A program made the translations under genes and the position numbers. Shown here piece after piece: positions 53,701 to 64,000 of a DNA stretch of 64,000 nt; position 1 is the stretch's first letter, and each line of letters begins with the position of its first letter. The notes beneath the pieces were generated by a model. That model was not told the DNA's origin, made no database searches, and worked only from the letters and a program-made list of their open reading frames with translations. Source of the DNA: Nageia nagi (Eukaryota > Plantae > Pinophyta); contig JBITNC010000002.1 of NCBI GenBank assembly GCA_050084985.1, forward strand, positions 18,352,001 to 18,416,000, read 5' to 3'.

Positions 53701-56700
53701 AGAAAAACAAATTTCTCTCAAACTACACTCCAACTGGCTGTAAGAGTCTAAAACCAAATGTTAATTTTGATAACTCAGATTGCACTTATTTATTTTATGA
53801 ATCACTTTCAAAAAAGAATTGAAAACCTAGCAAAAATGATAGCAATCTAGCAAAACCAAATGAACATATCTCACACAGAGATTAACACAATGGAATAAGA
53901 AAAAGACCAGATTTTGGCACATCAATGGAGTCTTGTATTGCTCCCTAATCAGTACATACAGTCTCGGTACATACACACAGCAACTACATACATTATAAAG
54001 TAGACATAAATGTACAATATGTTATATTCTTGGTATGGTCCTTTAGTTTCCCATGTCAGTTGGATTCCCATGGAGTTTTCATAACTCGCTTGGCTTGCTT
54101 GAAGCTCAGAGACAAACTTTTTATTTTATTTTACTGTCTATTTTTTGAACAAGAAATAGACATCTCAATTTCCTCATGAAATGATCAACTCTTCATCAAA
54201 ATGCCAGTTATGATTGATGTTTTACTGGACGATGCTGCACTTTATTCAAATAATCCCTTTTTTGCCAAATTACCTGAAGCTTATGCAATTAAGTTGATAC
54301 TGGATAAATGTTTATATTTTGTGTACTCTCATGTTTTAGTCATGCATACAATAAGGTCAATAGTCTTAGAATTTGCTCAAAATGGGGTTAAAGTCTAAGC
54401 CTCGCATTTCATTAATTCAATCATGCATGACTAGCCAGAGCCCTTTTGAAGAGTAAACTTTACTCCCGAGTCCCAATGACCCACTTTGATCATGGATCAG
54501 GTGCTCAAAGCCAAAATGCTATCTTCAGTTATAACCATACTAACATAATATGGTCTCCTCTTACTTAAGTCAGATCCTTATTTTTGTCATTTTAAACAAA
54601 TAATATAATAAAACTAATTACTCAGTATATTTAAATTCATTATATTGAATCATTCATACTGGATGAATAATTATATTGTGTAAGAACCTTCTATAATGTT
54701 TTAGTTAAGTCCACATCTCTCACTTCATTAAACTGGTAATGCATGGCTGGCCAGAGCCCTTTTTGAGGAATGAATTTTACTCCCACAATGATTCTCTTTG
54801 ATCAAAATGGTCGGATGCTAAAAGTCAAAGTGGTATCTTCAGTTATAAACTTACAAACATAATATGGTCCATCTCTTCCTACTGTTAGATTTGTGTTTCA
54901 TTCTAAGAAAATAATCCATTAAAACATTAGACAATAAATTTAAAAGCAGTGTAGAAATCTTGCAAAGATGAGACCTATAGTAGATTTGGTTTAAGATTCT
55001 GCAATCAGAAAAGATGGTATATATGAGATTGTATAAATGTTTACACATCTGACCAAAAACAAATGTACTTAGTCAATTTCAAACTGAATAGCCTTTCTAT
55101 TCTTCTTCCTCATCTACGTCACATAAAGAATTAAATAAAACATTCTTGGATGCAAATGGAAAAATAAAAATGTTGGCTTTAGTCGTTTCAGTGAATTCTG
55201 AATTAATCACAAAGAAGATTTAGGCACTTACCACACATAACTGATGTTCTGAAAAGCATATGCATTCCCCACAAACTGGAATTTTATGCACGAAGCAATA
55301 AAGCTTAGTTGCCTACCACAGTATAGATTTCAACATATTAATCCTCAAGGTATATTTCATATGCAGAAAATACTATCTTTTGCTCCACATAATATACTGC
55401 ATTGAGAAGCAAGTAACAATCATAGTTCGGAAAGTGGCATACATATTAAACATAGCATAAACTTGTGAAGATAAAACAAAAAATTAGCAAATGCACTGAC
55501 TAATTTGAGATGGAGTATGATTTGTCTCAAAATAGAATCAATCTCAAACATCAAAAATATCATGGAACCACAATTGGTAAGAAGCAAAACATGTTGCATA
55601 AGGCTCAAGCTTATCACCACATTGCAATTTTACTACCACAACTAAGCCCGCAGATGACTAGGACCAAATAAACAAACAAAACCACTTGTATATACATTAG
55701 TTGCCTCCTAATTTTGTTATGTTCGAAATTTGTTCATACATGACAAGGAACATCATCAGAAAACAGATTATGTACATACATGTATGTTGCTGTGACAATA
55801 TTTAAGAGAGAAAAAAAGGTCTACTTTGAAGAGAGAGAGAAAGAGGGGCATCAGTAGTGTTCAAATCTGGTGCATCTACAATATGTATAAATAATTAAAC
55901 AATTCGTAAATTCATAAATCTGCTCCCTGCAATTGTTGCAAAAAGACCTCCTTGCTAATTTTTTAACACAAACAATCTAATAAGTGAAATTCTATGTATC
56001 TATACAAGGAAGAAGAAAGATAATTTTACTGTTGACCATCTAACCTTAAATAAGAGGCCAAAAAATGTTTTTGCCTGTTCAAAACACACCTATTGGTAAA
56101 TTACAAACAAACCAAATGTAAATTAAGCATTTCACAGTATGAGGTTCATAACTCTTTTATTCTTAAGTACTTGTTTCTTGCATAGTTTCCTTAGTCCTCT
56201 CATTGATGTTTTTTAAACATATCGAATTCAGCTACATATTCATTTCATGTCACAACTTTGATGATTGGTTATAGTTATAAATCTCATAATATGTTGAGGT
56301 TGGTTGTGTATTGCTACTTGTACATCTCACAACATTCAGATTAATGGCAAAGATTGATGTTCCTATACATCATTTACACAATTGTGTTATTCTTGCCTAG
56401 CCATATATAAAGCTATTTTATCATGTGCCTTTTTCAAATTGCACTTATTTGTGTATCCCTAGCATCTGAAATCACTTTCACCATCTCCTTAGTCTTTCTT
56501 GAATTAAAGGATGTAATCCAAAGTCAAACAATAAGCATCAAAATCACTTAGGTTTGCTAGTGCTATTGAACAACTGACAGACATAAACCAAAAACAAATG
56601 ACCACATAAATATTTAGAGAAACCATGTTACAGATTAACAAGCCTCCTGACCTTTAAGTGTCATATTGACATCAAATAATTATAACATACCACACCTCAA

Positions 56701-59635
56701 GATGTAAAGATATATTGAAGTAGATGAAGGAGAACCTCAAATTCATGTAAGAGATAATGAAATAGCAATAAAACTAGATTTACAAAAACCAATAACTTAA
56801 AATGGCAAATATGGTCTGTTTGAATTTAAAAACCTTACAAGAAAAGCCACACAAAGGGATTGAACAATTTGTTTTAAATACTATAAGACTTGTAAGGCTC
56901 TAACAAGAGTTGGGCATGTCTTCCACTAAAATAGAATTGCTAGGTCAAAAGTTAAAGTTTCAACATTCTTTACAGATTACAAAAAAAAGACATGCTTTTG
57001 TGATTGTGTTGTTAACTTTGGCAACTAAAGAGAAAAGGATCAATTGTAAGATATTTTCTTTGCAATATCTCATTCAATGGAAGGATTTCACATTGAAGGA
57101 TGCAACAAGGGTGACCCTAAAACATTGTAACACTCAACTTACAATTGACTTCAGGAAAAATAATTGAAAGGATCGGGATGTCACCATACTCGAGGGCAAA
57201 CAGAAGCAACACTAATTATTGGTAGTTTGTATAATGTTGTAAGCCCATTGAAATCAATTTTGTGGTTCCAACAGAAATCCTTTCTGTAATTTATATTTTA
57301 TCTCCACATGGATTGAGTTCTTACAAAAACTAATACATTATTCAATATCCAAAAGTTAAAATAAAAAGGGATAAGATGAGGGAGAAGTTATAATATGCTT
57401 CCATGTGTTAGAGGGAATACATTTTGATCTATTTTCCTGGGCAAGTTTATTAAGAAAGTTCTCTTTTCTGTTAACCAAATTCATATTTATTAGAACTGTG
57501 GTTTCATTTACTATTTTTTAATTTATGCAATTACGTAAAAAATTACCACAGACATAAATTTCTATTAGTGGACATTTAGATTTTCAAATTTCAGCTCTTT
57601 AATTCGTTCCTTTGTTTCCCCACCTAGGATTTGTGCCCTAAAAGATTACAAGAGTTTCCCTTGAATTATTAACCTCCGTAACAAAGCCTATGAGATAAGC
57701 CTCCAAAACCTATTGAGATTGTCATTACATAGCCAATTTAATGCTTCTAACACGTTCAATTCAAGTTCATGCTTCACAACATTCAATCCAAACAATGAAT
57801 TGTCTAATTGAAAGTTCAGTAATAAGGAAAGATAAGAATGTTGTGAAACCTGGTTTTAATTCAGGTTAAGAGGAATGAATTCCATCATGGATTTACAGCT
57901 CCTAAATCACTAAGTCATGCTCCTTGGTTTTCATTGACATGCTGAGAATTATAAGCAATGAAAGTTTTGCAATAGTTCTAATAAATCTATAAATGTAAGA
58001 TGGCTAGTTAAACACCAATCACACAGTCCAAAGTCTATCTTTGTTTTTTATCAATTGTATTATGAGCTCTGCAAGTTCAAAAATTTTGCTTCTTATCTTC
58101 TTCTTTTACAAAAAGTGTTCATTCTTCAATTTAAAATTCATATATATATTTGCTCAAGATATGCATTGCTAAATTGTTTTTCCAATTACCCAAAATAAGA
58201 ATAATATAAACAAGAATCTGCATAAAATCTCAAAAGACAATAACCTTTTGCAAATTCCTGATCAAGAAAGAAAAATAGATACTACACTTACTATATCTAA
58301 ACTGCAGCATTCAACAAAAAGCATTTTAGGTACAAGGAAAATTATTCAAACAACCTTTCACAAAAAATGTTTAGGTACAAGAAACGTTCAATACTATATA
58401 TGTTTACTGTGCATGCATTAGGAATCAAAACCAAATTCATAAATAAGAGGTTCTACCCATTCAACCATGCATACTAGGTAAAACTAATGATAAATAACCA
58501 AATCGATTAATGATATGCATATTGAATCAGATCGAAGATGTCAGATCCAATCTCATTCTTTCATATTTAATTCATGTCATGTATTGTCAAGATCACAAAC
58601 AAGGCTGAAGGATAATATTAAGATAGATGCTATAATAATAATAATATTAATCTAACATAATGTCAATAGGGTCATGATTTATTGGAGAATTTGACCCGCC
58701 ACTGCTTCCTCCCAAGCGAGGTCTGACCCTATGCAACTAAGTGCAAGTCGTTGCCAAACATGCCCTAATGGATACTGCCAGTTTGATAAGCTAAAGGGAA
58801 CTTGTTTCAAGAAAAATTCTGATAGAAAGCTTTATCCAAATAAATAGATCCGTAAGTTGAGTGAAAAGGATAAAGGGAAAACAAGAAAGTCACTTGCTAG
58901 TCATCAAAAGTGACAATTGCATTTTGGTGAAGGGCACAACCCACTCCAAACCATCCTTGCTGAAATTTATCAAGTTTAGGAAGTAAACCATAGATGCCAA
59001 AAACCGCTCTCTATATGAAATCATACCACAAAGAAAACCTCAAATTCCAACACAGTCACCAAATTCCCATGTTAGGAGTTTTCAGGCACAACCACAACCA
59101 ACCATCATGGGCCCGATTTCTGAGATCTATTGAAAAAATCTATAAGTGCTTTACACATTTCCTAATTATATTGAAAAATGCATTTTCTCGAACCCTTTTT
59201 TCTACATTTGCAAATAATTGTAGAAAACGCGAATCCAACCATGTGGGTAGTAATAGTAGACAACCCACATACCAAATTAAATAAAACAAAAAACTGAACC
59301 TATGCTTTATGGTTCAGAAAGTTGCAGGCATTGAAGATAACAGAATGCCAATATTCAAAAGGCATTAAATGTCCAAAAAAACATAAAATTCCAAAACAAA
59401 ACAAAATTAAAGTGATGGGCATTTTTTGCCTCACAGATCTTACCTAAAAATATTAAATTCAACTACATTACAATGGGATCCAAGGGCATTCTTAATGGTA
59501 TGATTTGATAATTTCAACCCTAGTAATAATCACATACAAATAAAAAAATTCCGAAGCCACAACGGAGAACAATGATAATAGTAATTTTCAATTGTGTAAC
59601 TCAGTGAATACCTTTTTGCACTTACAGACCACCAT
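5627..59635 (-). CDS. ZFPL1: Zinc finger protein-like 1 (ZFPL1) homolog, whole-gene span. Join of 9 exons: 59612-59635, 55232-55312, 34905-35019, 34667-34761, 10095-10166, 6726-7073, 6447-6555, 5905-6094, 5627-5714 (1122 nt, 373 aa)
   Basis: Exons join in frame with matching phases. N-terminal zinc cluster [57 protein letters not shown]-like CSVC...RLGCLHVMHTHC...[14 protein letters not shown], and C-terminal [22 protein letters not shown]. Recognised from memory as the plant ZFPL1 family (At2g14835-type). Confidence 0.93.
5905..6094 (-). CDS. ZFPL1: ZFPL1 exon 8 ([25 protein letters not shown]...[12 protein letters not shown])
   Basis: CAG acceptor, GTATGC donor, 190 nt, lies within ORF 5754-6101. 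Confidence 0.92.
6447..6555 (-). CDS. ZFPL1: ZFPL1 exon 7 ([36 protein letters not shown])
   Basis: TTTCAG acceptor, non-canonical AG|GCAAGT donor, 109 nt, phase compatible with exon 8. Confidence 0.88.
6726..7073 (-). CDS. ZFPL1: ZFPL1 exon 6 ([12 protein letters not shown]...[10 protein letters not shown]...KSPNTAG)
   Basis: TAGCAG acceptor, GTAAGT donor, 348 nt, overlaps ORF 6693-7052. Confidence 0.9.
8000..9745 (-). mobile_element. Decayed non-LTR retrotransposon RT (ORF2) in intron 5, boundaries approximate
   Basis: Motifs [16 protein letters not shown] and [11 protein letters not shown] (ORF 9490-9699), plus RVQGCFS (decayed QGCPLS). Many stops and frameshifts. Confidence 0.7.
10095..10166 (-). 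CDS. ZFPL1: ZFPL1 exon 5 ([24 protein letters not shown])
   Basis: CAG acceptor, GTAGTG donor, 72 nt. Confidence 0.92.
10697..13266 (+). mobile_element. Solo LTR (2570 bp) with internal hairpin-repeat array; strand tentative
   Basis: Termini TGTTG...CAACA, TSD agtat/agtac (10692-10696, 13267-13271), no coding remnants. Confidence 0.75.
10998..11963. repeat. Eight palindromic units of about 50 bp separated by variable spacers, inside the solo LTR
   Basis: Consensus ggctggcgcatgatttcaaaagac-N8-gtctttttgaatcatgcgccaagc near 10998, 11113, 11218, 11332, 11477, 11623, 11693, 11907. Confidence 0.85.
19052..20870 (-). pseudogene. Gypsy gag-protease pseudo-ORF of element B
   Basis: Retrotrans_gag-like [20 protein letters not shown]...[10 protein letters not shown] and [21 protein letters not shown]. 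Aspartic protease [13 protein letters not shown]...[11 protein letters not shown]. Frameshifted, no RT or integrase follows. Confidence 0.88.
21981..22026 (+). repeat. Interstitial degenerate plant telomeric tract (TTTAGGG-like, about 5 units)
   Basis: ttagggtttagggtttttttagggctttttttaggatttagggttt. Confidence 0.85.
22024..22101. repeat. 20-21 bp tandem repeat, four copies (tttatattaaaatttttagc)
   Basis: Directly visible next to the telomeric tract. Confidence 0.9.
22199..22252 (-). ncRNA. Minimal type I hammerhead ribozyme motif with one core mutation, in the PLE 3' UTR
   Basis: Minus strand reads GTAC-TAC-TGCAA CTGGTGA GGATT-ACAT-AATCC GAAAC-TG-GT-T TTGCA-AT-GTAC. Stem I TGCAA/TTGCA, core CUG(A>G)UGA, perfect stem II, GAAA, minimal stem III. 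Confidence 0.7.
22912..24680 (-). pseudogene. PLE reverse transcriptase pseudo-ORF (about 590 codons, several stops, at least 2 frameshifts)
   Basis: [120 protein letters not shown], then [17 protein letters not shown] with TAA at 22912-22914. Confidence 0.92.
26001..27547. mobile_element. Solo LTR (1547 bp) inserted in the hAT transposase
   Basis: Termini TGTGATG...CATTACA, TSD aattt/aattc. Removal restores the transposase reading [16 protein letters not shown]. The segment near 27230-27285 resembles element B LTRs. Confidence 0.85.
29930..31970. repeat. Tandem repeat with unit of about 183 bp, roughly 8-9 diverged units, interrupted by a solo LTR
   Basis: gaaaacctg(c/t)gcctag anchor recurs near 30125, 30305, 30490, 30672, 31395, 31578, 31762, 31945. 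Confidence 0.85.
30691..31225 (+). mobile_element. Solo LTR (535 bp, Copia-like)
   Basis: Termini TGTTAG...CTAACA, perfect TSD aggag/aggag, TATA ctataaata, U5-type motif ccgtggatgtagcc...gtgaaccacg. Confidence 0.92.
33898..34095. repeat. Local duplication of about 80 bp (33898-33978, 34016-34095)
   Basis: ttccataaag.gttgttttattgc...gcatatactgcactggatataaatgttaaaacactaaaaa occurs twice. Confidence 0.85.
34667..34761 (-). CDS. ZFPL1: ZFPL1 exon 4 ([32 protein letters not shown])
   Basis: TAG acceptor, GTAAAG donor, 95 nt, phase 1/0. Confidence 0.94.
34905..35019 (-). CDS. ZFPL1: ZFPL1 exon 3 ([38 protein letters not shown])
   Basis: CAG acceptor, GTAAGA donor, 115 nt, lies within ORF 34849-35049. 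Confidence 0.95.
35854..36201. repeat. Local duplication of about 155 bp (35854-36008, 36043-36201)
   Basis: ttttaggta.caattaacacaatctt.gaacctagtac...aactaaagtcctt...taattcaattt occurs twice. Confidence 0.85.
37375..40780 (+). mobile_element. Solo LTR (Gypsy-like, about 1 kb net) interrupted by a Copia element
   Basis: Termini TATAATG (from TGTAATG)...TATTACA, perfect TSD ctccc/ctccc (37370-37374, 40781-40785), TATA ctataaaag near 37758. Confidence 0.85.
38191..40567 (-). mobile_element. Copia non-autonomous element (two LTRs, gag remnant only)
   Basis: LTRs 38191-38715 and 40039-40567. PBS TGGTATCAAAGC (rc of 40025-40036). PPT rc of atctcccactt. TSD ttaca/ctaca. Decayed gag [18 protein letters not shown]...LDRKALAVI...KQLYNLRM. 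Confidence 0.92.
40786..43130 (-). mobile_element. Old Copia remnant, copy 1 (LTR-like region from 42272, PBS, decayed gag)
   Basis: PBS-like rc of gctctaatacca (42258-42269). Gag remnant [12 protein letters not shown]...[12 protein letters not shown]. Collinear with 43750-43872 plus 49816-50177 plus 53423-54625. Confidence 0.65.
41151..41869. mobile_element. hAT MITE (ATCGG/CCGAT-rich family)
   Basis: TIR CAAAGTTGTCAGACTCGG / rc CAGTGTTGTAAAAATCGG, 8-bp TSD accaaagg/accacagg, empty site visible in the paralogous copy near 50089. Confidence 0.88.
45645..45997. mobile_element. hAT MITE (ATCGG family) with right end deleted, in the 5' LTR of E
   Basis: Starts CATAGTTAGAAAAATCGG right after catataat, dense atcgg/ccgat motifs, absent from the 3' LTR. 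Confidence 0.75.
48068..49080 (+). mobile_element. hAT deletion derivative (GGGGAC family) in the 3' LTR of E
   Basis: Perfect TSD catataag (48060-48067, 49081-49088), ends CAGGG...CCTTG, transposase C-terminal remnant [13 protein letters not shown]...TRWDV (ORF 48373-48591). Confidence 0.88.
50178..53422. mobile_element. Solo LTR (about 3.2 kb) with internal tandem array
   Basis: Termini TATAATG...GTCACA. Flanks aacgc/taggc are each one mismatch from aaggc, the empty site in the paralog at 41941-41960 (ttttatccaaggctgaagg). Confidence 0.7.
52440..53240. repeat. Degenerate tandem repeat, unit about 55-58 bp
   Basis: gagaaatgaaagtt...gatagaa(a)ctagttga...atttctt recurs about 14 times. Confidence 0.85.
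55232..55312 (-). CDS. ZFPL1: ZFPL1 exon 2 ([27 protein letters not shown])
   Basis: TAG acceptor, GTAAGT donor, 81 nt, phase 0/0. Confidence 0.93.
59612..59635 (-). CDS. ZFPL1: ZFPL1 coding exon 1 (MVVCKCKK)
   Basis: ATG GTG GTC TGT AAG TGC AAA AAG followed by donor GTATTC, with GCC before the ATG. Confidence 0.88.
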
Positions 59636-60074
59636 GGCAATGACTGATTTGAATCCCTGATGTTGTCCAGATCTGGCAGTTCATCATCCAGATGAAGTAC
59701 TTCACTAAATTAATCTATATTTCGATGAAGTATTTATTCATTATGATTTTATTAAATCCAGCGCCGTAATTTCAGCTGGAGGTTTGCTTGGGCTTAATCC
59801 CCATGATTTGGTGGGAGGAGTGGATTAAATCCCGATCAGATGAACACTTCTAGATTTTGAGATCCTAACATACTTTTGTTTGTGATTTAATGCTCCTATG
59901 TCCCATTTCAGCGTACCCTAGATGACAAAATATGGATTATAAATGAAACTTAAATACTAAGTAGTATTTAGAAATTATAAAATTATTATATTTTCTATAA
60001 TATTTTATTATTGCAATATTTTTTAGTCTGTTGATTTTTTTAGTATTTTACCATTATTTATAGTAGTATGTAAG

Positions 60075-61600
60075 TGTTGTTAATTTCTATATAATAGGAT
60101 GATCATAAGATACATATAATGATGTTATAAGATAATCGCAACAGGATTTAAGATGTTACAAGATCACCGTTAATATGTTCACAATGTGATACAGTCAGAG
60201 ATAGAAGTGTCCTTTGAATAGGTACACACAAAGTTCTACTAATACATATGATATAACCATAACCATTAGATTACATGATAATATACTATAATCTTGCATG
60301 TTATGTATACATTTATATTGTCAATAGGAGATAAGCATGTAGCCTTATTACCATAAATACTTAAGTGAATAAATACATGGCTTACATTAAATCTTACTTG
60401 GTATCCAACACCCTCTCTTAAATTAGACTTAGGGCAACAACATTATTTGAATAAAAGGTGAATGTGTCATCATCCCAACACCCTGTATTGATGAAAGCTT
60501 CCCTTAGAGCCTCACACATCTCAATCAATTGATGTAAATGAATAAAATTAAAGCATCCTCTAATAATAGTTTGGTGAAGATATCCATCAGTTGGTCTTTT
60601 GTAGGAAGATATTCACATCAATTTTATCATTGTGAAATTTTCTTAGACCGAATATATGTTAATCTCAAGATGCTTGTATTTTTTATGAAGAATTGGATTC
60701 TTGGCCTTGTGGATGGTACTTTGGTTATTGACCCATAACGATATAGTTCCTTTTGTGTGAAGATAAGTTCTTAAAGCAGAAGATGTGTCCATTAAAGATG
60801 TTATTTTGTTATCGCACAAGCTTCATATTTTATTTTCATAGAAGAATTGGATATTACACCTTATTTCTTGTTCATCCATACAATTGGACCACACTTATAT
60901 ATGAACAAGTACCCAAAAGTAGACTTTCTCTCATCTTCACAATCTTCGTAATTAGAATCAAAATACCCAATCAACTTAGGTCCATCATCTCTCTCATACA
61001 TAACACTTATCTTCAAATTCGCTTTGATGTACCTCAAAATGTGTTTAATTATTATCTAATGGCTCTCCCATGGATTCACCATGTATCTAGCAACATATCA
61101 AATAGTAAAATAAATATTCGGTATAGTATGGATAAAATATAACAAATTACCCACTAATGAATAGTAAAAAGAGACATTAATCGAGGGATCATTCGAAGAG
61201 GCCTTACAAATATTTGTTCCAAAATCCATATCTAAGTCTTAGATTCATTACACTCCATATTGATTTTCTTTAAGAGGTCTAAGGCATACTTAGATTGCAA
61301 AAGAAAAATACCTTCATTTGTCATACTTATAGGCCTAAAAAGTAGTGTAACAAACCAAGATCTATCATCTCAAAAGTAATTTCCAACCTAGCCTTCATGC
61401 CTTTAATTTTCATGGGAAAATTTCCTACAAGAATCAAATCATCTACATAAAAAATAACAATGATAACATGTTCACCTATCCTCACATGTATATTATTCTC
61501 CACAACACATCTAAAGAATCCTAGATTAATGAGAAAAGAATACATTTTCTCACATTATTCCCTTAATGTTTGTTGAACAACTCATATAATGACTTTCTCA
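60075..61600 (-). mobile_element. Truncated Copia element: RT/RNase H remnant, PPT and 3' LTR (about 60075-60410)
   Basis: ORF 61327-61545 IFYVDDLILVG...FEMIDLGLLHYFLGL. RNase H end QLMDIFTK at rc about 60570-60595. PPT rc of ccctctctta at 60411-60420 abutting tccaaca. Confidence 0.85.
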
Positions 61601-62559
61601 ACTTACAATTACGAGGTTTTGATTCATAAATATTAATAGCCTATGGCTCTCTAATCTCATCACATATGGATTTACAAATTTTTAGCATAAAAATTCAATA
61701 ATAAATAAACAACAATGAATTTGAAATTAAAATTTAATATTAGGTTTGTGGGTGACTATGAATGGTTAATAGGATTGTAGAAAAATGCATATAATAAGGG
61801 TAAGGGAGTGTTTAGTGCAATGTAATGTGTAAGAGTGAAAATTAGACACAAAAGTATGTTAAAAGAAAATATTTTTTAGTGAGTCAGAAAGCTTACTTAT
61901 GAAGAGTCAAGGGGCTTCAATAGCATTTGAGGTTGAAAAGAAGCTCTTGATGTGATAACCAAACAAAGTAACCTTGGTGGCATTAGACCAAAAATAGGCT
62001 TTGGAGGCAAGCAATTTGGGGTGGTTATGCGATGGCAATTTAATATTGCTTGTATTTGTTCTTTTTATGGGGCGATTTTAAATTATCCTCATAAATTATT
62101 TAAGAGGTGGTTTGAAATTGCCCTTGAAAAATATGAAATATAAATGGAAAGGTGCAGGTGAGAAGAAACAAATAGATTATGCGGATGATTTTTCATCATC
62201 CACATAAATCATAAGGAGGTGATTTACAACTACCCCTTAAATTAAATCTAAATTTTTTTAAAATATCTCACATAAAGAAACTTAAAGGCAAGAAATATTT
62301 TGAGTTCTTTGAGTTTACCAAGGCGAAGGGTAGAGGAGAGGAGAGATCTCATTTCATTTTTGAGTTTTGCAGAGGCTCACTCTCTTATGTATGCAGTTAA
62401 CCCTTGCTCATCACCATGAATGAATCTTCACTCTCTTCCATAAGCAGGTACCCTTATGTAGGTATCTTAGCACATTTTGCAAGAAGCTCCATGGGGATGA
62501 TGAAGAAGTCTTACAGTTTCTTCAATGGAGGATTTGGCATTTTGTTATGGTTGTTAACA

Positions 62560-63130
62560 TAGACAATTATTTTTTGCTTACTTGGTGGAGTTATGGTTAT
62601 CCTTGAGTAAAATGCCCTAATCATAATTGGGTATTTTTAACATGATTTTGTGGTTATCCTTAACTACAATTTTGTGGGGTTTTTTAGCATGATTCCATGG
62701 TTATCCTTGAGTAAAATTCCCTTATTGTGATTAGAATTTTTTTTTCTTATGGGGAGTGGTTAACATTATTATGTGGCTATTATTGACTAGAATTTTGTGG
62801 CATTTTTTAACATGATTATATGGCTATCCTTGAGTAAAATGCTTTGATCATTACTACAATTTTGCAAGGGTTTTTAACATGATTCTATGGCTATCTTTGA
62901 GTAAAATTCTCTAATCATGACTGGGGCTTTTTAACATGATTTTGTGGCTATCCTTAATTATGATTTTATGTGGGGTTTTAACATGATTATGTGCGTATCC
63001 TTGAGTAAAATTTCGTAATTATCACTATGATTTTGTGGGGATTTTTAACATGATTATATGGATATTGTTGACTTTTATTTTGTGGGGGATTTTAACATGA
63101 TTCCATGGCGATCCTTGACTACAATTTTAT
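62560..63130. repeat. Degenerate tandem repeat with units of about 40 bp (ttttaacatgattttgtggctatccttgagtaaaa), probably TE-internal
   Basis: About 12-13 visible units. Confidence 0.8.
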
Positions 63131-63617
63131 TTCTTGTTGTGATTTTTCAAGCTTTGAAATTAGAAAAGCATGTCATTTTATATGAATTACATAAATCATT
63201 ATCAAATGGAAACTTGTAATTCATAAATCATTGTCAGTAATAATTTTGTAGATTGTTAGTAATCTAATAAGAAATATTAACTTACTTAAAGTTAATTATT
63301 CACTAGGGAGGATTTTCTTATTGATATGTAAATCTCACATATGTTAAATTATTGCTTGTGTTCTAGTAGAACCACAAAGAGAATGATGGAGGATTCTAGC
63401 TATAGGAGCCTTAAAGATTCACCTTAGATAATTATTTTGATTATTGATTTTGGCAAATTAATATGTTATTATATTACTTCTTAGAGCTTACCCCTTTGAG
63501 ATAAACTTATTGATGTTAATGTGTTTTAGTTAGATTCTATATTTTGTATTAATACTATGTCTCTTTGTTATTATTGTATCAAAACTTTTTTACAATAAGT
63601 TATAACATGTAGCAATA

Positions 63618-63785
63618 TTGTAGAGCATATTTGAATCATTTTAGCATAATAATTAAAACTATAGAGCATATTTGAATCATTTAAGAATAATTGAAATTGT
63701 AGAGCTTATTTGAATCATTTGAGCATAATTGAAATTGTAGAGCATATTTGAATCATTTGAGCATAATTAAAATTGTAGAGCATAT
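63618..63785. repeat. Tandem repeat, unit about 37-41 bp, 4-5 copies (ttgtagagcatatttgaatcattt...ataatt)
   Basis: Directly visible. Confidence 0.85.
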
Positions 63786-64000
63786 GATAGGAAATTGTGG
63801 ACTTTTAAGCATATGCATGATGCAATGCTTGGAATTGTTTAATAATATGCATGATGCAAATACAATTTTATTATATGTAATGATTACAAGATGCAAACAC
63901 ATGATGCAAGGCCTGTTAATTATTTAAGAAGATGCATGATTCCAATACAAGTTTTTGATGAAGCTTAATAAAATTCAAATATGTTCTACAATTATTCTCG

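Larger units (their letters stand above)
43200..54625 (-). mobile_element. Old Copia remnant, copy 2 (LTR-like 53759-54625, gag, protease-region remnant), split by two nested insertions
   Basis: Paralogous to copy 1. Post-protease motif [16 protein letters not shown] at rc about 43325-43378. ORF 49822-50145 is a UBN2-like gag. Confidence 0.65.

Overview
AT-rich eukaryotic nuclear DNA, most likely from a gymnosperm/conifer (inferred from the giant TE-filled introns, TTTAGGG repeats and element types). The window holds one intact host gene on the minus strand: a ZFPL1-like zinc-finger/RING membrane protein with 9 coding exons, 1122 nt CDS and 373 aa. It spans 5627-59635, with introns of about 24.5 kb and 20.2 kb filled by nested Copia, Gypsy, hAT/MITE and LINE remnants, many delimited by TSDs. 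The most notable object is a decayed Penelope-like element (PLE, about 21981-24680, minus strand). Its RT ORF stops right after the thumb/linker with no C-terminal GIY-YIG endonuclease. Its 3' UTR holds hammerhead-ribozyme motifs and ends in reverse-complement plant telomeric repeats. It sits inside an LTR with no TSD and an approximately 35-bp target deletion. This matches telomere-primed Coprina/Athena-type PLEs (or permuted Chlamys/Naiad-type), not the known conifer Dryads. All coordinates and translations were read by hand, and no database search was run.
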